Shown one piece after another: positions 41,877 through 55,984 of a stretch of 64,000 nt of DNA. The notes beneath the pieces were generated by a model, which was given only the letters and a program-made list of their open reading frames with translations, made no database searches and had not been told where the DNA came from. The stretch comes from Octopus vulgaris. Lineage: Eukaryota. The position numbers were made by a program, and so were the translations under genes. Location: NCBI GenBank assembly GCA_951406725.2, contig OX597814.1, positions 92,380,001-92,444,000 of the forward strand, read 5' to 3'. Positions within the stretch are counted from its first letter, which is position 1; the number at the start of each line of letters is the position of its first letter.

Positions 41877-42723
41877 GAAATGAAGAAAATGCTGACAAAA
41901 TAATTTAAGTAAGGGAGAGTGTATTTAATTAGGTGAAAGTTCTTTTTACCGGTTGCGCATTTGTTATGCTTATCAAAAGATATTTTGAGTTCCTTTCTGA
42001 TTGATTTTTTTCTCTTATCTGACTTTATGTTGGGTTTGCTGTCTTTTATATGTGAAAAAAGAGGCTCCAGAGTTGTTTAAGATTTGCTCGGTTTCGCGCC
42101 TAAAATTTCTTGTGGACAATGGTCAATACAATTTTGATTGGTCATTATAAATGGGTCACGTGAATGTTTGAATGGAAGTTGGTGTTGGGGTAAGAAAATA
42201 GGCTCCAGAGATGTTAAAATTTGGCTAGTATCGCGCCTAAAATTTCTTATTGGTCATAATAAAGAGGTCACGTGAATGTGGTCATAATAGAGAGGTCACG
42301 TGAATGTTTAGAATGAATGTTGATGTGGGTGGTGTATGGAGTTTTCGAAAATAGCGTTGTTGAAAATTCTTATTGTTCAGGCTGGTCAGTAGACGTCATG
42401 TGGATATTTTAAATAGCTTTTTATCGCGTAGTTAAGGAGCGTATTTTCCGCTTGACTGAATTTGAGCTGGATAAGTAAGTTCGTTTAGGACAGGAAGAGC
42501 TATATGTATGTATGTGTGCGCGCGTGTGTGTGTGTGTGTGTTTATATGTATGTTGGGGCGCGCGCGCGTGTATATATGTGTGCGTGTGTGGGTACAATTT
42601 TCAATATTTATAGTTCTGCTGGCCTTGTGCCTGTATCGGGAAGCAACGTGTTTGTGTGAAGTCAATATTTACAGTCATTTCCCAAAAATAGTGTTGGATG
42701 TTTTGCACCCGTGACCTCTTTAT

Positions 42724-42765
<42 letters not shown>

Positions 42766-43066
42766 CTTCTTTTGATTACATACAGTTACATACAGGGGAA
42801 GCTTTTGTTAACAGAGTTACAAAGTCATGAACGGCAATATATTACAAGTAATGATATTCGTGATCTCGCTGGAAAGAGGAAGTAAAGTTGATCTCTAGGA
42901 GGCTTAAACTCAGAATTTACATCGGTGAAATTGAATACAATATTCTTCGGTGAGTTGTTAAATTGTCTTACTTCGTCTTCGTTTAGGTACTTTCTTTTAT
43001 TTATCTCATACAAATATGAATCAATTTTTTCTATAAATACCAATTGTTAGGGATTTTCATACTAAC

Positions 43067-43199
43067 CTTGAGATGTAGTGACGAATTCAAATATTTCAGG
43101 ATATTTTGCAACTAAATTCCTGATTATGTCAACTTGTTCCAAAGATTTAGTAACAGCATCTTTGAACTGAGTATCGCAGGGGACGTAAGCAGCCCAAAA
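43067..43199 (-). CDS. DPEP1: Dipeptidase internal exon (133 nt)
   Basis: Acceptor ctttttgtcacag|TTT TGG GCT; donor CAA G|gttagt; encodes [16 protein letters not shown]...LEQVD...[12 protein letters not shown]. Confidence 0.95.
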
Positions 43200-43322
43200 C
43201 TGTGACAAAAAGAAAGATATAAATGAAACACATGGTGTCAAAGTGGATTTATAAACACCCCACCAAGCTTATTGGAAAACTTAGAACTGGTGTGTTGCAC
43301 TGACATTATATATATATATATA

Positions 43323-43409
<87 letters not shown>

Positions 43410-43432
43410 ATGTAAGTATGTATGTATGCATG

Positions 43433-43661
43433 TATCTGTAAATATAATATGTGACAATTATTCGGTAGCCCTGATAAAACTCCGAGTTTTGGACGACGGG
43501 GCGGAAATCTACGCCCCCATATCTTCAGTTATCCGGTCATCGGGTTATTTCCGATGACGGGATAACTGAAGAGATAGCGGCGTGGATTTCCGCCCCGACA
43601 TCCGAAACTCGGAGTTTTATCATGGCTACCGAATAATAGTCACATATTACATTCACAGATA
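43433..43661. repeat. Palindrome of about 110 bp arms made of two inverted hammerhead-bearing repeats
   Basis: 43433-43543 is the reverse complement of 43551-43661; right arm reads gataa-ctgaaga-[GC-rich stem]-gaaa-ctcggag-tt-ttatc. Confidence 0.9.
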
Positions 43662-46600
43662 AATTCCTCTATTTACATAATATCGAGGTCTCTTTCATTC
43701 TTTTGTTGTCTTACCATTTCTATCAATATATATATATAAGTTGTCGCAGATATAGGCATCTACAGCTTATACCCGAATAACAAAATTAGTGAATTGGAGC
43801 AGAAAGTATATATGTTAGTCGTTGAAAATTCGTGTGCTTTCAAAAGTATGCGTATCCATAAATATTAGCATTTCCATTGGAGTTTGTCATCAAAGAAGAA
43901 ATTATTTTTCATACTGATAAAACCACCATTATCTTGTCAATTCTGGTAGCAATACTTGCATAATAAACTTCCTTCAAAAATATTAGTATAAAGGGTGAGA
44001 AATATCAAAATACTTGATTATTTCTTCTGGAAAATATATTTATGGAATTATTGTTTATTTCTTTATTTTCTTGATTGTTTACTAATGCAATGTAAAATAG
44101 AAACACGCTACAAATTGCTTTGATAAGGTGTCAGATTACTGGCAAAACGATGTAGCATTTTTTATGTAATATCTTGACAGCCTACTCTAAAATTGATTGA
44201 GTAATAAGTTGTTCTTTAATCATATAAACATTACATATGTAAACAATGAGAGTATTATGTAACTGGTGTAGTGTCTGTTATATTTATGTTACTCTTTTGA
44301 AGAAGACTGGATTAAGGGCCAAAATATTAGTTGTATGATCATTATGAAATAATATCAGTTTCTTATTCATATAGCCAAAGTTGGTTGTGATGTTCTGCGC
44401 TGTTATTCCTCATATTGTAGTATTAATAACGTAAGTGAAGTGTAATGTCGTCAACTGATGATAGTGGAAGTCATTTTATATGTTGCTAATCCATTTGGAA
44501 AAAGTAAGAACGTCACAATAACATAGTTTTATATTCGTATACAGTTAAGTTAATGCTGGCAGTTTGTTATGCATACGATTAGCGAACTTATGATATCAAG
44601 AACTAATGTTATCAATTTTATCAAATAGCTTGGTAACAAAGAATCAAATGAGTATTCTAAATAATAAAATGAGAAACACCAAGACTAGAAGACAATAAAA
44701 CACAGTAAACTAAAGAGTATTTTTTAACTGATTCGTGATGCACCTCAGTTCATCACGTTGGAAAATAGTATTTCACCGAGGCCTTAAGCCATATTTTTCT
44801 ATTGGTATGTAGTCGGTTCATTTGAATAATTTCTTATTTTATTGACTTTGAGATCCTTTTGACTTGAATTGACAGAAATCTAGGACTGACTCCACTTATA
44901 CCTGGTACTTATTTTGTTCACTCTTAAGGAGAAAAAGTAAGACTGATCCAAGTTCAGTATGTATTTATACATACTGAAGTAATGTTTAGGTATAAAACCA
45001 GATATTTCCAGGAGATTAATCATTCGCATTGGCCCGTTACTTGATAGTACTTTATTCTATTGAACCCGATTGGCTTGAAGGCAATGTTGACCTAGGCACG
45101 ATTTAATCTTGTATGAACTAGAACAAATACCGCAAAGCATTTTCGCGACTGTCTAACGACTCTGCCAACCCTCCTCTCTGTACGAGATGAAATAATGTAA
45201 TTCATTTAATCTGGCATTCTATGACTTCTGATATTTAATACTTTTGTATTTTGGAACATAATAGGCAATAAATATAATGAAACTTAAATTGTTATAAAAA
45301 GCCGTTCTAAGGGGCTTTTTTCAGTTTCGCTCTAGTTCAACTCTAACCGAGTATGGCTGTGATCAAAAATATTCAAGTTGTGACCATGCAGTCATTTTAG
45401 GGATATGACTAATATTACGTTATCCCATGTGTGCTTTATTAAAGAAGGTAAGATGTGATTTGTGTAAGGTATGACTTATAGAATTTGATAGGTTGTAACA
45501 CTACTTATGTGAAGAGGTTTCCTCACAAGACTTGAGTGCCTGATATGATTTTCTATACGAGAAATCAATATGTTGCATAATATCCTATCGATATTGCTAA
45601 TCGTCAATTACTGGCCATGAATCTTTGTGAGTTTCTCTGAGATAAATCCAATTGCGATTTTCCGGAAAGTAAATTAAAAAGGAAAAGAAATTTCTCGAGA
45701 ATAGCTATATTCAGATGTTTAAAAGAATTGGTGTAGGTTATGTTTTCTACTAGTTAATAAGACATGTTAGTTAAATTTTCACAATCTTTCACACATTCAT
45801 TATTCAGAAATAAATTATTGGTTTTATTTGAATTAGAAACTTTGTCCCTGTCAGTTTATGGTCAATAAATTATACTGGTATAATAGGCTACGATGCAATA
45901 GACTTGAAGGGGTTTTTTCATCACTTTATTGTGATCATGCGATTAATTTTGGTCGCCATTGATTGGCTTCTCTGGCGAATGGAACAACTATAGAGTGCTC
46001 TGTTAATACTTAGCTGTTCATGCATATTGTTATATTTTACAACGTTGATGTTGTTTAGCACCTCTAGTCAACTTTGGTCAACCGGATTATGATGAGAGGG
46101 CTCCAGCTGTGAATATCCCATCCACTTCTCTCTATTCAAGAATACTTTATCCACTACGTTCTTTTTTTTCCAGGGGAGGCAAGATGTGATAGGAAAAATA
46201 TTTGACTGCACTTCTTAAAGTTTCTTTTCTTAAAAGTGAACCAAATCTACAAGCATTTCTTCATTATGCTTCAATGGCATCTATTTTTCTTTTAAATTCA
46301 TTTGTAGTGTTACTATGTTTTTAGACTATTAACCTTTAATTAGAAATTTCATCATTCCATTTCACAATCGGAGAATTCCATTAATTTGATTATAGACCAG
46401 CGAATTCAATTTTTCTTCATTGAATCAATCATTATTCGAAAGGCACTCAACCGTCTAAGAAGGGGCTATTTTCATAATGTAATCGAGGGTACACTATTCC
46501 TGTAAATATGAACAAATGATTGGCTATGTTTGAATGCTTTTCATTGTTGCCTCTTTGTCCAACATATAGGACATGTATTTTACTTTCTACTCTTCAGTAC

Positions 46601-47859
46601 TGAAATTCAGCATAATAAAAGCACGTTTATTTACAAATAAACACGCTTATTTACAAATAACTACCATAATGAGGATCTTGCCTCATTATGGTAGTTATTA
46701 TATATCATATTTGTTTAAGGGTAAGTCAGTCCTGATTAAGAACTACGACCAACGTTGTCTCAGCTAGTGACATTCCTGTTGTTTTTGAATTTTTTTTTTT
46801 TTTTTTTGCATCATCCGTCTTGTCTAGAATATCGATCTACTGGAAGCTATCCAGAAACAAATGCCTCCGTTCGTCACCATATCTTGAACGTCTTACTTAT
46901 CTGATCATTGACGCTCTAAGATTTCAATGTCTAGCAACAACCTCGCTAGAAGTTCGTCATCTTCCCAAATACAACTTTGGGTGTAGGAGTGATGGTGTGT
47001 GGTGTATGTACTGAGTTTAAAAAAGTGTGTGGCTGCTCGTATAGCGGTATGTGTGGTGACGCTATTGAAGGTGTGTGTGGGTGTGTAGATAATGGTGTAT
47101 GGTGGGGGTGCTGAGAAGTGGTCAGTGCTAGGTGTGTGGAGCGGAAAGTGTGTGTGTGTGTGTAAATGTGTGTGAAGTGAATAATGATTTCAACAGTGAA
47201 TATGGGTGTGTATAGTGATGCGTGTGTGGTGAAGATAGGGAGGTGGGTGGTATACAGGTGTGTATGTGGACAGTTGCAGTTAACTGTGGAAGGTGAGTGA
47301 GAATCCATGTGGTGAAGCCCGTCATATGTATGTGTGTGTGTGTGCGTGTGTGTGTGTGTGCGGGTGCCGGGTTTCTCCATCGTTTTCAGTGAAATTCACT
47401 CACAATGCATTGGTCGACTCTGGGCTGTAGTAAAAGATACTTGCCCAAGGTGCCGCTACTAAAGGGAACTCTTTAACCACATAGGCATGCCTGCGCGTAT
47501 GACTAAACAATGCATTTTTAAAAAGGAAGACAGTACCCAGCCCATATATTGTGCGAGGTGTGTGTGTGTGCGAGGTTTGTGTGTGTGCGAGGTGTGTGTG
47601 TGCGAGGTGTGTGTGCGTGTGTTTCAGCATAAATTATACAAAGCTTCGAGAATCAGATTTGATGATGTATCTATAGTTGTAACAAGGTACAGACAAGAGC
47701 AAGTGGAGTTATTGTGGACGATCAACAGTTTCCCATGAATGCAAGTATTCCTTCAACCGCTTTGTTAGATGCTGGCAGAATTGCTTTGTTAGATACTAAG
47801 CAGAATTGCATAGTTTCTCATATAATACATATCTCAAGAAGCTTTCAAATTTTATTTTA

Positions 47860-48527
47860 TTTTCTACTCTAGGAACAAAGCCCGAAATTTTGGGGGAAAG
47901 AACCAGTCGATTAGATCGCCCCCAGTACGCAACTAGTACTTAATTTATCGACCTCGGCGGAATTTGAACTCAGAACATAAAGACGGAGGAAATATCGCTA
48001 AACATTTCGCCCAGCCTATTAACGTTTCTTATTTCTTTATTGCCCACAAGGGGCTAAACATAGAGGGGACAAACAAGTACAGACAAAGAAATTAAGTCGA
48101 TTAAATTGACCCCAGTGTGTAACTGGTACTTAGTTAATTGACTCCGAAAGGATGAAAGGCAAAGTCGACATCAGAACGTAAAGACCGACGAAATACCTAT
48201 TTTGTTTTCTACCCACAAGATTAAGTCGATTACATCGACCCCAGTGCGTAACTGGTACTTTGTTAATCGACCCCGAAAGGATGAAAGGCAAAGTCAACCT
48301 CGGCGGAATTTGAACTCAGAACATAAAGACAGACGAAATACCTATTTCTTTTTCTACCCACAAGATTAAGTCGATAACATCGACCCCAGAGCGTAACTGG
48401 TACTTGATTTATCGACCCCGAAAGGATGAAAGGCAAAGTCGACCTCGGCAGAATTTGAGCTCAGAACGTAACGGCAGACAAAATACGGCTACGCATTTCG
48501 CCCGGCGTGCTAACGTTTCTGCCAGCT
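47860..48527 (-). mobile_element. Tetrameric SINE family A array
   Basis: Four head-to-tail units with junctions near 48029, 48197 and 48342. Confidence 0.88.
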
Positions 48528-49844
48528 TTTATCTTTATATTAATCACTATGTTAATATCCCGTTAGATTTTCTTAAAATCCACAAAAACACTTTAGTGCA
48601 TCATACGCATTCAACAAACACTTAAACTTATTTACTATCCACATAATTTCAAAAATTCAATGGAATTTTTTTACTTTATCATCTTTTGTTTACCATCCAA
48701 TTACTAGCCTACGCTTGTATTTCTTAGAATACAAATTTAACAGTACTCCTTGAGGTCGATATAGATGAGGGGCGAAAACTGAATTTATAACCAAGCGAAT
48801 TCAGTGTTTCTACATGCTTTCGAATAAATGAAGTTATCACTTTTACAGATAAAAAAAAAGACACACTGCTGAAAGTTTAGTTTTATAAGTAGCCAAAATA
48901 GCCGAGAACACTGTACTTCAAATCAAACAATTTCAATGGCAAACCAAAAGTACCAAAATTATCACACTCTCTTTAATAAAAAATATATGGGACAATCGAT
49001 GATTCCGAGGGAGGCTAGGTTATTTTCTTACTTATTTAGATTATTGTTGTTTTGTTGTATGTTTCTCGTAAGTCAAACACGTTGTTTTCAGTTTCCGTCC
49101 TACTTTTATTTAGCTATAGAGAGCAAAATACCTGCAGCTGTCGATGTGAAGTATATAAGAATGTATGTAACAAAATCAACCCACTGCATTTATTTTCTAT
49201 CTTTTGTTCTCTCTTTCTATCTCTCTCCATCTATCTATCACACACTCACGCGCGCACTCTTTGCCTTCTTTGTATCTTCTCTACTTACTCACTCTCCTTC
49301 ACTTGCTTTTTCTCTCTGTCTTTATGAATTACAAATAGTACACTGAAAAAAGATTCTAAAAGCAGGTGTCGCTTATCTAAAGAGAAATAAGAACCCTTGG
49401 ATTTATCTCAAAGAAAATATGCGAAATAAACAGAATACATATTTTGATATCAATAGAAATTTCTAGTTGTTCATATGTATATATACGCGGAGGAATGCTT
49501 GTGTATGTCAGTGCATCAATATATCCATGCATTTATTTATATATTTATATGTGTGGGAGTAAGTATGTGTATAAGTGTGCGTGTAGTGAGTACAAAAACA
49601 TTATGTATTTTATATATTTATCGATAGGTTGGTAATGATGATGCGACCATTACGAAAGCTGGTACCTAATCGATCGGTAATGGCCGTATGTGTGACTGTG
49701 TCCTTATCTGCCGACATCCATATACATTACATTATTATTATTATCATCATTATTATTATTATTATTATTATCATTATTATTATTATCATTATTATTATTA
49801 TTATTATTATCATTATTATTATTATTATCATTATCATTATTATC

Positions 49845-50489
49845 AAGGCGGCGAGCTGGCAAAATCATCAGCACGCCGGGCGAAATGCTTAGCGGTATTT
49901 CATCTGTTGTTACGTTCTGAATTCAAATTCCACTGATTCGACTTCACTCTTTCATTCTTTCAGGGTCGATAAATTAAGTACCAGTGCGTAACTGGGGTCG
50001 ATGTCATCGACTTAATCCTGTCCCCCAAATTTGAGGCACTGTGCTTCCAAAAGAAAGAATTATATTATTATTCAGTGAGAGAACAGTGCATGCCATCAAA
50101 GTGACACTGGGATAAAATGTACGAAGCCCAATATACCCATGATGACTACCCATCTGATAAGGGTACACTAGGCACATGCATCACAACCATGTGTGCGCGA
50201 CATGGTGATCTCATATGAAGATAAACAGCACATGACCTTGCAGGTGGAGGCCAGTTAGAATTTTCTTCTAGTTGAATAAACCATCCCGCTCAAAAGGTCC
50301 CTGAATAAGGGTTGTTTAAGGATGTTAAACAAAACACCCATGTTTCCAGAGATTAATTATTCAAACCCCAAATCTGCTCAAAACCACAGATTTGCTTGTC
50401 AGTTGTTTGACCTGAACCAGTTGAGCATGTCCTTAGTGGTTGACGATATATGCATCTCTGATCACGAGCAGTATTATTATTATTATTAC

Positions 50490-50537
<48 letters not shown>

Positions 50538-50573
50538 TACTATTATTATTACTATTATTATTATTATTATTAA

Positions 50574-50626
<53 letters not shown>

Positions 50627-51345
50627 AGGCAGCGCGCTGGCAGAATCATTAGCACGCTGGACGAAATATTTGTCCGTCGCTATGTTCTGAGTTCAATTTC
50701 CGCCGAGGTCGACTTTGCCTTTCATCTTTCTGTGGTCGATGAATTAAGTACCAGTGAAAAGCTGGTGTCGATATAATCGACACATCCCCTCCTCCAAAAT
50801 GGCTGCCCTTGAGGCAAAATTTGAGACCATTATTATTATCATCATCATCATCACCATCATCATCACTAAGGCAGCGAGCTGGCAGAATCGTTAGTACGCC
50901 GGGCGAAATGCTTAGTGGTATTTCATCAGTCACTACGTTCTAAGTTCAAATTCCGCGGAAGTCGACTTTCCCTGTCATCCTTTCGGGTCAATAAGTTAAG
51001 TACCAGTGAAATACTGGGGTCGATGTCATCGACTAGTCCCCTACCACAAATTTCAGGCCTTGTGCTTTTAGTAGATAGGATATTATATTATATTTATATT
51101 AGTAGTAGTAGTAGTAGTAGTAGTATCAAGGCGGCAAACTGGCTGAATCATTAGTTGGTTGGGCGAAATGCTCAGCTGTATTTCGTCCGTCGCTATATCC
51201 TGAGTTCAAATTCTGCCGAGGTCGACTTTGCCTTTCATCCTTTCGGGGTCGATAAATTAAGTGCCAGTGAAACACTGGGGTCGATGTCATGGACATGGCT
51301 CCTCCTTAAAATTTGAGACCTTGTGTCTCCAGTAGAAAGGGTTAT
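49845..51345 (+). mobile_element. Cluster of four SINE family A copies separated by trinucleotide microsatellites
   Basis: Heads of the form aaggc[ag]gc...ctggc at about 49845, 50626, 50868, 51128, each with B box and core. Confidence 0.88.
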
Positions 51346-51572
51346 TATTATTATTATCATCATCATCATCATCATTACATAGAGTAATAACAATAATAAT
51401 CCTTAGATGAAATTTATATATATTTCAATGAATCACCACGGGCGTTTCCACAAATCACATGTTTCTTAAATCATAGTCCGTATTACTTGGATGATTACAG
51501 TGCAGTCTGTAATATCAACTGACATCGACACTACATATATAGGTATATATAAATATATATTATATATATACG

Positions 51573-51615
<43 letters not shown>

Positions 51616-52039
51616 ATAAATAAATAGTCCATGCAAACACACGCACTTTATGTACATATATACACATACATATTTACATGCACATATACATACCTACACA
51701 TGTATATCTGCGTATTTACATTTATGTATACACACATGTATATATATATATATATGTACATACGTATATATATATAATATATACTTATAAGCATAGATAT
51801 GTTATTTCCTTTGTATATTAATGATTATAGATATCTACCTAACCATTGTACTAAACTACCACTTAGTGTAAGTTTTATATCTCCAGCTGTCTTATCTATT
51901 GTTAGTAGCTATTTTTATCAGATTGTTTTACTTCTACAACCCATTTCTGACTTTTGTTTGCATTATCGATGACACAGTCCCTAATTTCAATCCACCATCT
52001 TAATTCCTAACATACAAATGTATTTACTGTGTCTACCTG

Positions 52040-52111
<72 letters not shown>

Positions 52112-52363
52112 GCTCTGTCTCTCACCTTCACCACTTCTCGTCATTTTCTTTCAACATTTTATTAAGTCTCTTATCCTCGTCTCTGTCAAGAATTTTTTAT
52201 CAATTATCGGTCTTCAGTATATTCTATATATGAAAAATAATTTATATATATATATAGGCGAGCTCACTTAGCCAACGAGGTGGCGTCATTTGAAGGCTAA
52301 AACAATGCGAAGCGCATTGTGACCAGCGATGTGTAGCAACATATGATAGCCTGGTCAGTCACG

Positions 52364-52404
<41 letters not shown>

Positions 52405-52803
52405 CAGAGTGGAAAAATTGATGTAACCACGAATTTTTATTGATCTAAAGAGCTAGCATTCTAGGTCCACATTGAGTTGTAAATTTAAAATAATTTGTTA
52501 TACACTAACTTAAAAATTATTATATAATGAAACCTGCGAAACTGCCGTCATCTTACGGATATCAACTTGTGAAATAAATATATTCATCCGCCATACCTCA
52601 TGACATTTTATGTCCTATACATTCCTCGTGAAATTATTTCATTGATTGGATCTTCAGTATTTCGGGTGCATAGAACTCTACATTACACTTTTCCGTATTT
52701 TATTTCTATTTAGTATGTAGCCTGGTACACCAGACGAGCTTTTTGTGGATGCCACAAGGTTCAATACATTCATATATTGCACATTAAATTTACATTGATA
52801 GAC

Positions 52804-52841
<38 letters not shown>

Positions 52842-52843
<2 letters not shown>

Positions 52844-53050
52844 GAGCAAAACGCCCCCCGTCCAATGGACGATGCTGAGTTGTCAAACATTTAATCCAAA
52901 TTGCATTCTCACCTGGAATCGATTTTTGTAATTTCTTCAAGACTTATACACGCCCTGATATCGTCGATATCTACATATCAAATTTGAGCGCAATCGGATG
53001 GAGGATGCCCGAGATCCTAGAAGACACACACACACAGACAGAACAGATTC

Positions 53051-53057
<7 letters not shown>
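52842..53057 (-). mobile_element. Probable non-autonomous Helitron-like element
   Basis: Subterminal hairpin cgtcca-a-tggacg near a CTAG-like end (ctcg on minus strand); caaatttgagcgcaatcgg plus acagacaga block; inserted in (AT)n. Confidence 0.45.
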
Positions 53058-53090
<33 letters not shown>

Positions 53091-53329
53091 TCACATATAT
53101 ATATGTACATATATACATACATGCTTCTAGTCATACATTTAGGAGAGAGTGACTATCAGAATATATATAGTCATAAAAAAGTATACAAGAATGACATTAG
53201 TATAAACATATTGGCAACTTGGCTTTCCTTACACTTTGGTTATCATTTAGTGAGAATTTGCACTAGTGTAACCGAATGGACGGACATTCTTCGTATATAG
53301 TAAGTACTGTGAATTAACTAAAATATAAG

Positions 53330-55870
53330 GCATTGAGTTTCGGCTTGTTTTTGTTAATAAAATGCATTTCCTTTATTGTTTCGTTGTTGTTCCGTCACTA
53401 GGTCACTGCACTGGTAGAAAACGGAAAAAGAATAGTTGGATAACACCTGTCACCCACGATTTTATATATATATATGTTTACTCAGGAGTATTTTCCATGC
53501 TTCCCTGATCTGTTGCAGATGTACGGTCATACTCATTTGTTTGATGTAGTGCTCTCGGTAATCTTTACATATAGATTTGGTCGTCTGAATTCCAGAGGTT
53601 GTTTCCAATTTTAAAGGTAGGTATTCTTTTGATGTGAAATCCGGGACCTTCCAATATGTAGCTACATACTCCAGTTTGGCCAGTTGCGTTTACTTACTTC
53701 AGGGTCTGTTGTTTGAATATGTAGCATTGCTTTGGTCAATATCTTTTTTACTGATTTTGCTTGCGTGTTGCTTTTTTTATAATGAGATACTTTTCCAAGA
53801 TTTCTTCATTTTTCGATCATGTAGAAATATTTGTAGGTTTAGATATATGTTCGTAAAAAAAATTGGCGTTTCTTGATTTCACAGGTGAAATATGTGGGAT
53901 AGTATTTTTTGCTTTCTTGGGATTTGTTGTTCCAGGTTCTGGAAGATCACTTTGTTCGGATTTCTGAATAGCAAATTCAACCAGTTTTATGGGTTTTATC
54001 AGTTTTATAAGTATTTTTTAAAAATTTCTTTTAATCTATGGCGTCTTGTTTCAAAGTTTGATGCAGTTGTGCATTTTCGTTTCGCTAGACTGAATGGATG
54101 TTGTTTCGTATAAGCTTTGGGTGACGATGTGAAGAGGAGATATTGTCGTGTGTCGGTGGATTTAAAGTAAATGTCGGTTTCCAGTAGTGAATTTCTTCAG
54201 GTTATTAGAATGTGTAAGAAGAGAAGTTTATGGTTGCTGAATTCCATTGTGAATTGAATCTGAGTATTTATGGTGTTCATAAGATTTTGGAATTGCTTCA
54301 GTTTGTAATATTTTCTTTCTATTTCGTGATATGCCATGACCAAGTTGGCATATGTAGGAGCAGATTTTGTTCCCATGACCATTCCTGACTTTTGTCGATA
54401 GGTTGTGTTATCGAATATGAATTAGTTACTCTTAAGATGAATTGGAGGCTATCAATAATATATTTTCTATCCATGTCTTCTAGTATTTCATATAGAAATG
54501 AGTCTGGCCAATATTCTATAGCTTCGATTTCATAATTGTAAGGACTGTTGCTACATAGGCTCACAATATTAAATGTGATGATATTGGTGTTTTCGTTTAT
54601 TGTCTTAGGTAGAGGGCTGAGTATGTCCAAATCATCTCGCATAAAGCTTTTTATGTGTTTGAGGAAGGGTTTTAATAGAATATCTAAGAAATTACTTAGG
54701 CGATGAGCTTCGCACGATGAAACTGTTACAATGGGCCACAGTTTTAGTTCGGCTGGTGATGAGATATTAACACAAGGGATTTTTGCTCCTACACATTTTC
54801 ATTGATTAGTTTTTTATTTTAGGCAGTCCATAGAAGTTGGTCGCTTTATATTTGAAGAAGTTTGTAAGAGGTTCAATTCATTATCAGTCAAAGAGATTTG
54901 GTACGAGTGTCGTTGGGTGATAAGTAGTTTCATAATTTTCGTAGGTTTGAATTTCTGGATTTCTTCATAGTAAATATTATCATGTAGCATATCCAATACT
55001 AAATTTTTGTTATAATCTGAATCAATATCAGCCGAACTTCTTTTGCCAGCTTCCTTAATAATTATATTGTTGTCTAATTGTAAACCTATTAAGTGGGTCC
55101 ATTGTTGTTTACTGAAATTAGATTTAACTTGTTTGTTTCCCGATTTTCTAAAGGCAAGTTTGAAGTATGCTCACAGAATTCATCAAGAGTTGTATTTCGT
55201 CCTCGTTTAGGATAGAGTTAGCTTTTGATTTAATTATAGTCTCATCTTTATCGTTTTCCTCAAAAATATGTTCTGCTACTCTCAGTTTTCTGCAATATTC
55301 TACAATAATCTTTGAGTTTTGATGGTTTGGTGTGTGAAGTTTATTCTATTGCTATGTAGATTTATTTGTATAGAGGTTAGTTTGTTTTGTAAGAGGTTGA
55401 TTACTTTTGGTTTCTCGTGATTGAGATCTATCTCGTGTCCCTGTGTTTCTGGTTTATGTCTAGAAATGGTTCTTAAGATAGCAGTCATCTATATTTATAA
55501 CATCCTGATGTTTCTTATATTGTTGTTTAAATAGTTTCTGCGTATTTCGGTATTGTATATTTTATTATGTTCTCTGAAGTTACACGTTATTATGATGTGT
55601 TGGTTTCGTCTGAAATTATTGCTATACATTTGACTATGTATTTTGCAGTGCCCTCTGAAGTTATTCCTTATCATAAAGTGTTGATCTCCTCTGAAATTAT
55701 TGCCGTATATTTGATTGTAGGCTATTTTTTCCATGGGTCCGTGTACCAGTTTTTTGTACTTTCTCAGTATATCAATTCCTATTATTGTTCCATATGATAT
55801 GACTTTGTTTTTGTCCTGAGCTAATAGTATACTTTCGTTTCCCGGTTTCCGGGTTTTGTTTTCCCCATAT
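53330..55870 (-). mobile_element. Decayed Penelope-like retroelement (RT and probable GIY-YIG region)
   Basis: LWPIV, FNIVSLCSN, MGTKSAPTYANLVM, IQFTMEFSNHKLLFL, TDIYFKSTDTRQYL motifs in order with many stops. Confidence 0.8.
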
Positions 55871-55888
55871 GTTAATTTATCTCTGTGG

Positions 55889-55932
<44 letters not shown>

Positions 55933-55984
55933 TAATAATACAGTGATTGTTACTTATCAGAAACAAAAAGTTTAATTTAAAAGT

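Noticed and set aside
40548-41908. Longest ORFs in the track (410, 335, 289 aa)
   Set aside because: Translations of an AT/AC/GT dinucleotide mosaic lacking stops; open in several frames on both strands.
42825-43043. 72-aa ORF just downstream of a dipeptidase exon
   Set aside because: Lies past the gttagt donor, includes SINE-like sequence and has no dipeptidase similarity.
47860-48527. CRISPR-like repeat array
   Set aside because: Units are about 145-185 bp SINE bodies without unique spacers; no cas genes; eukaryotic intron.
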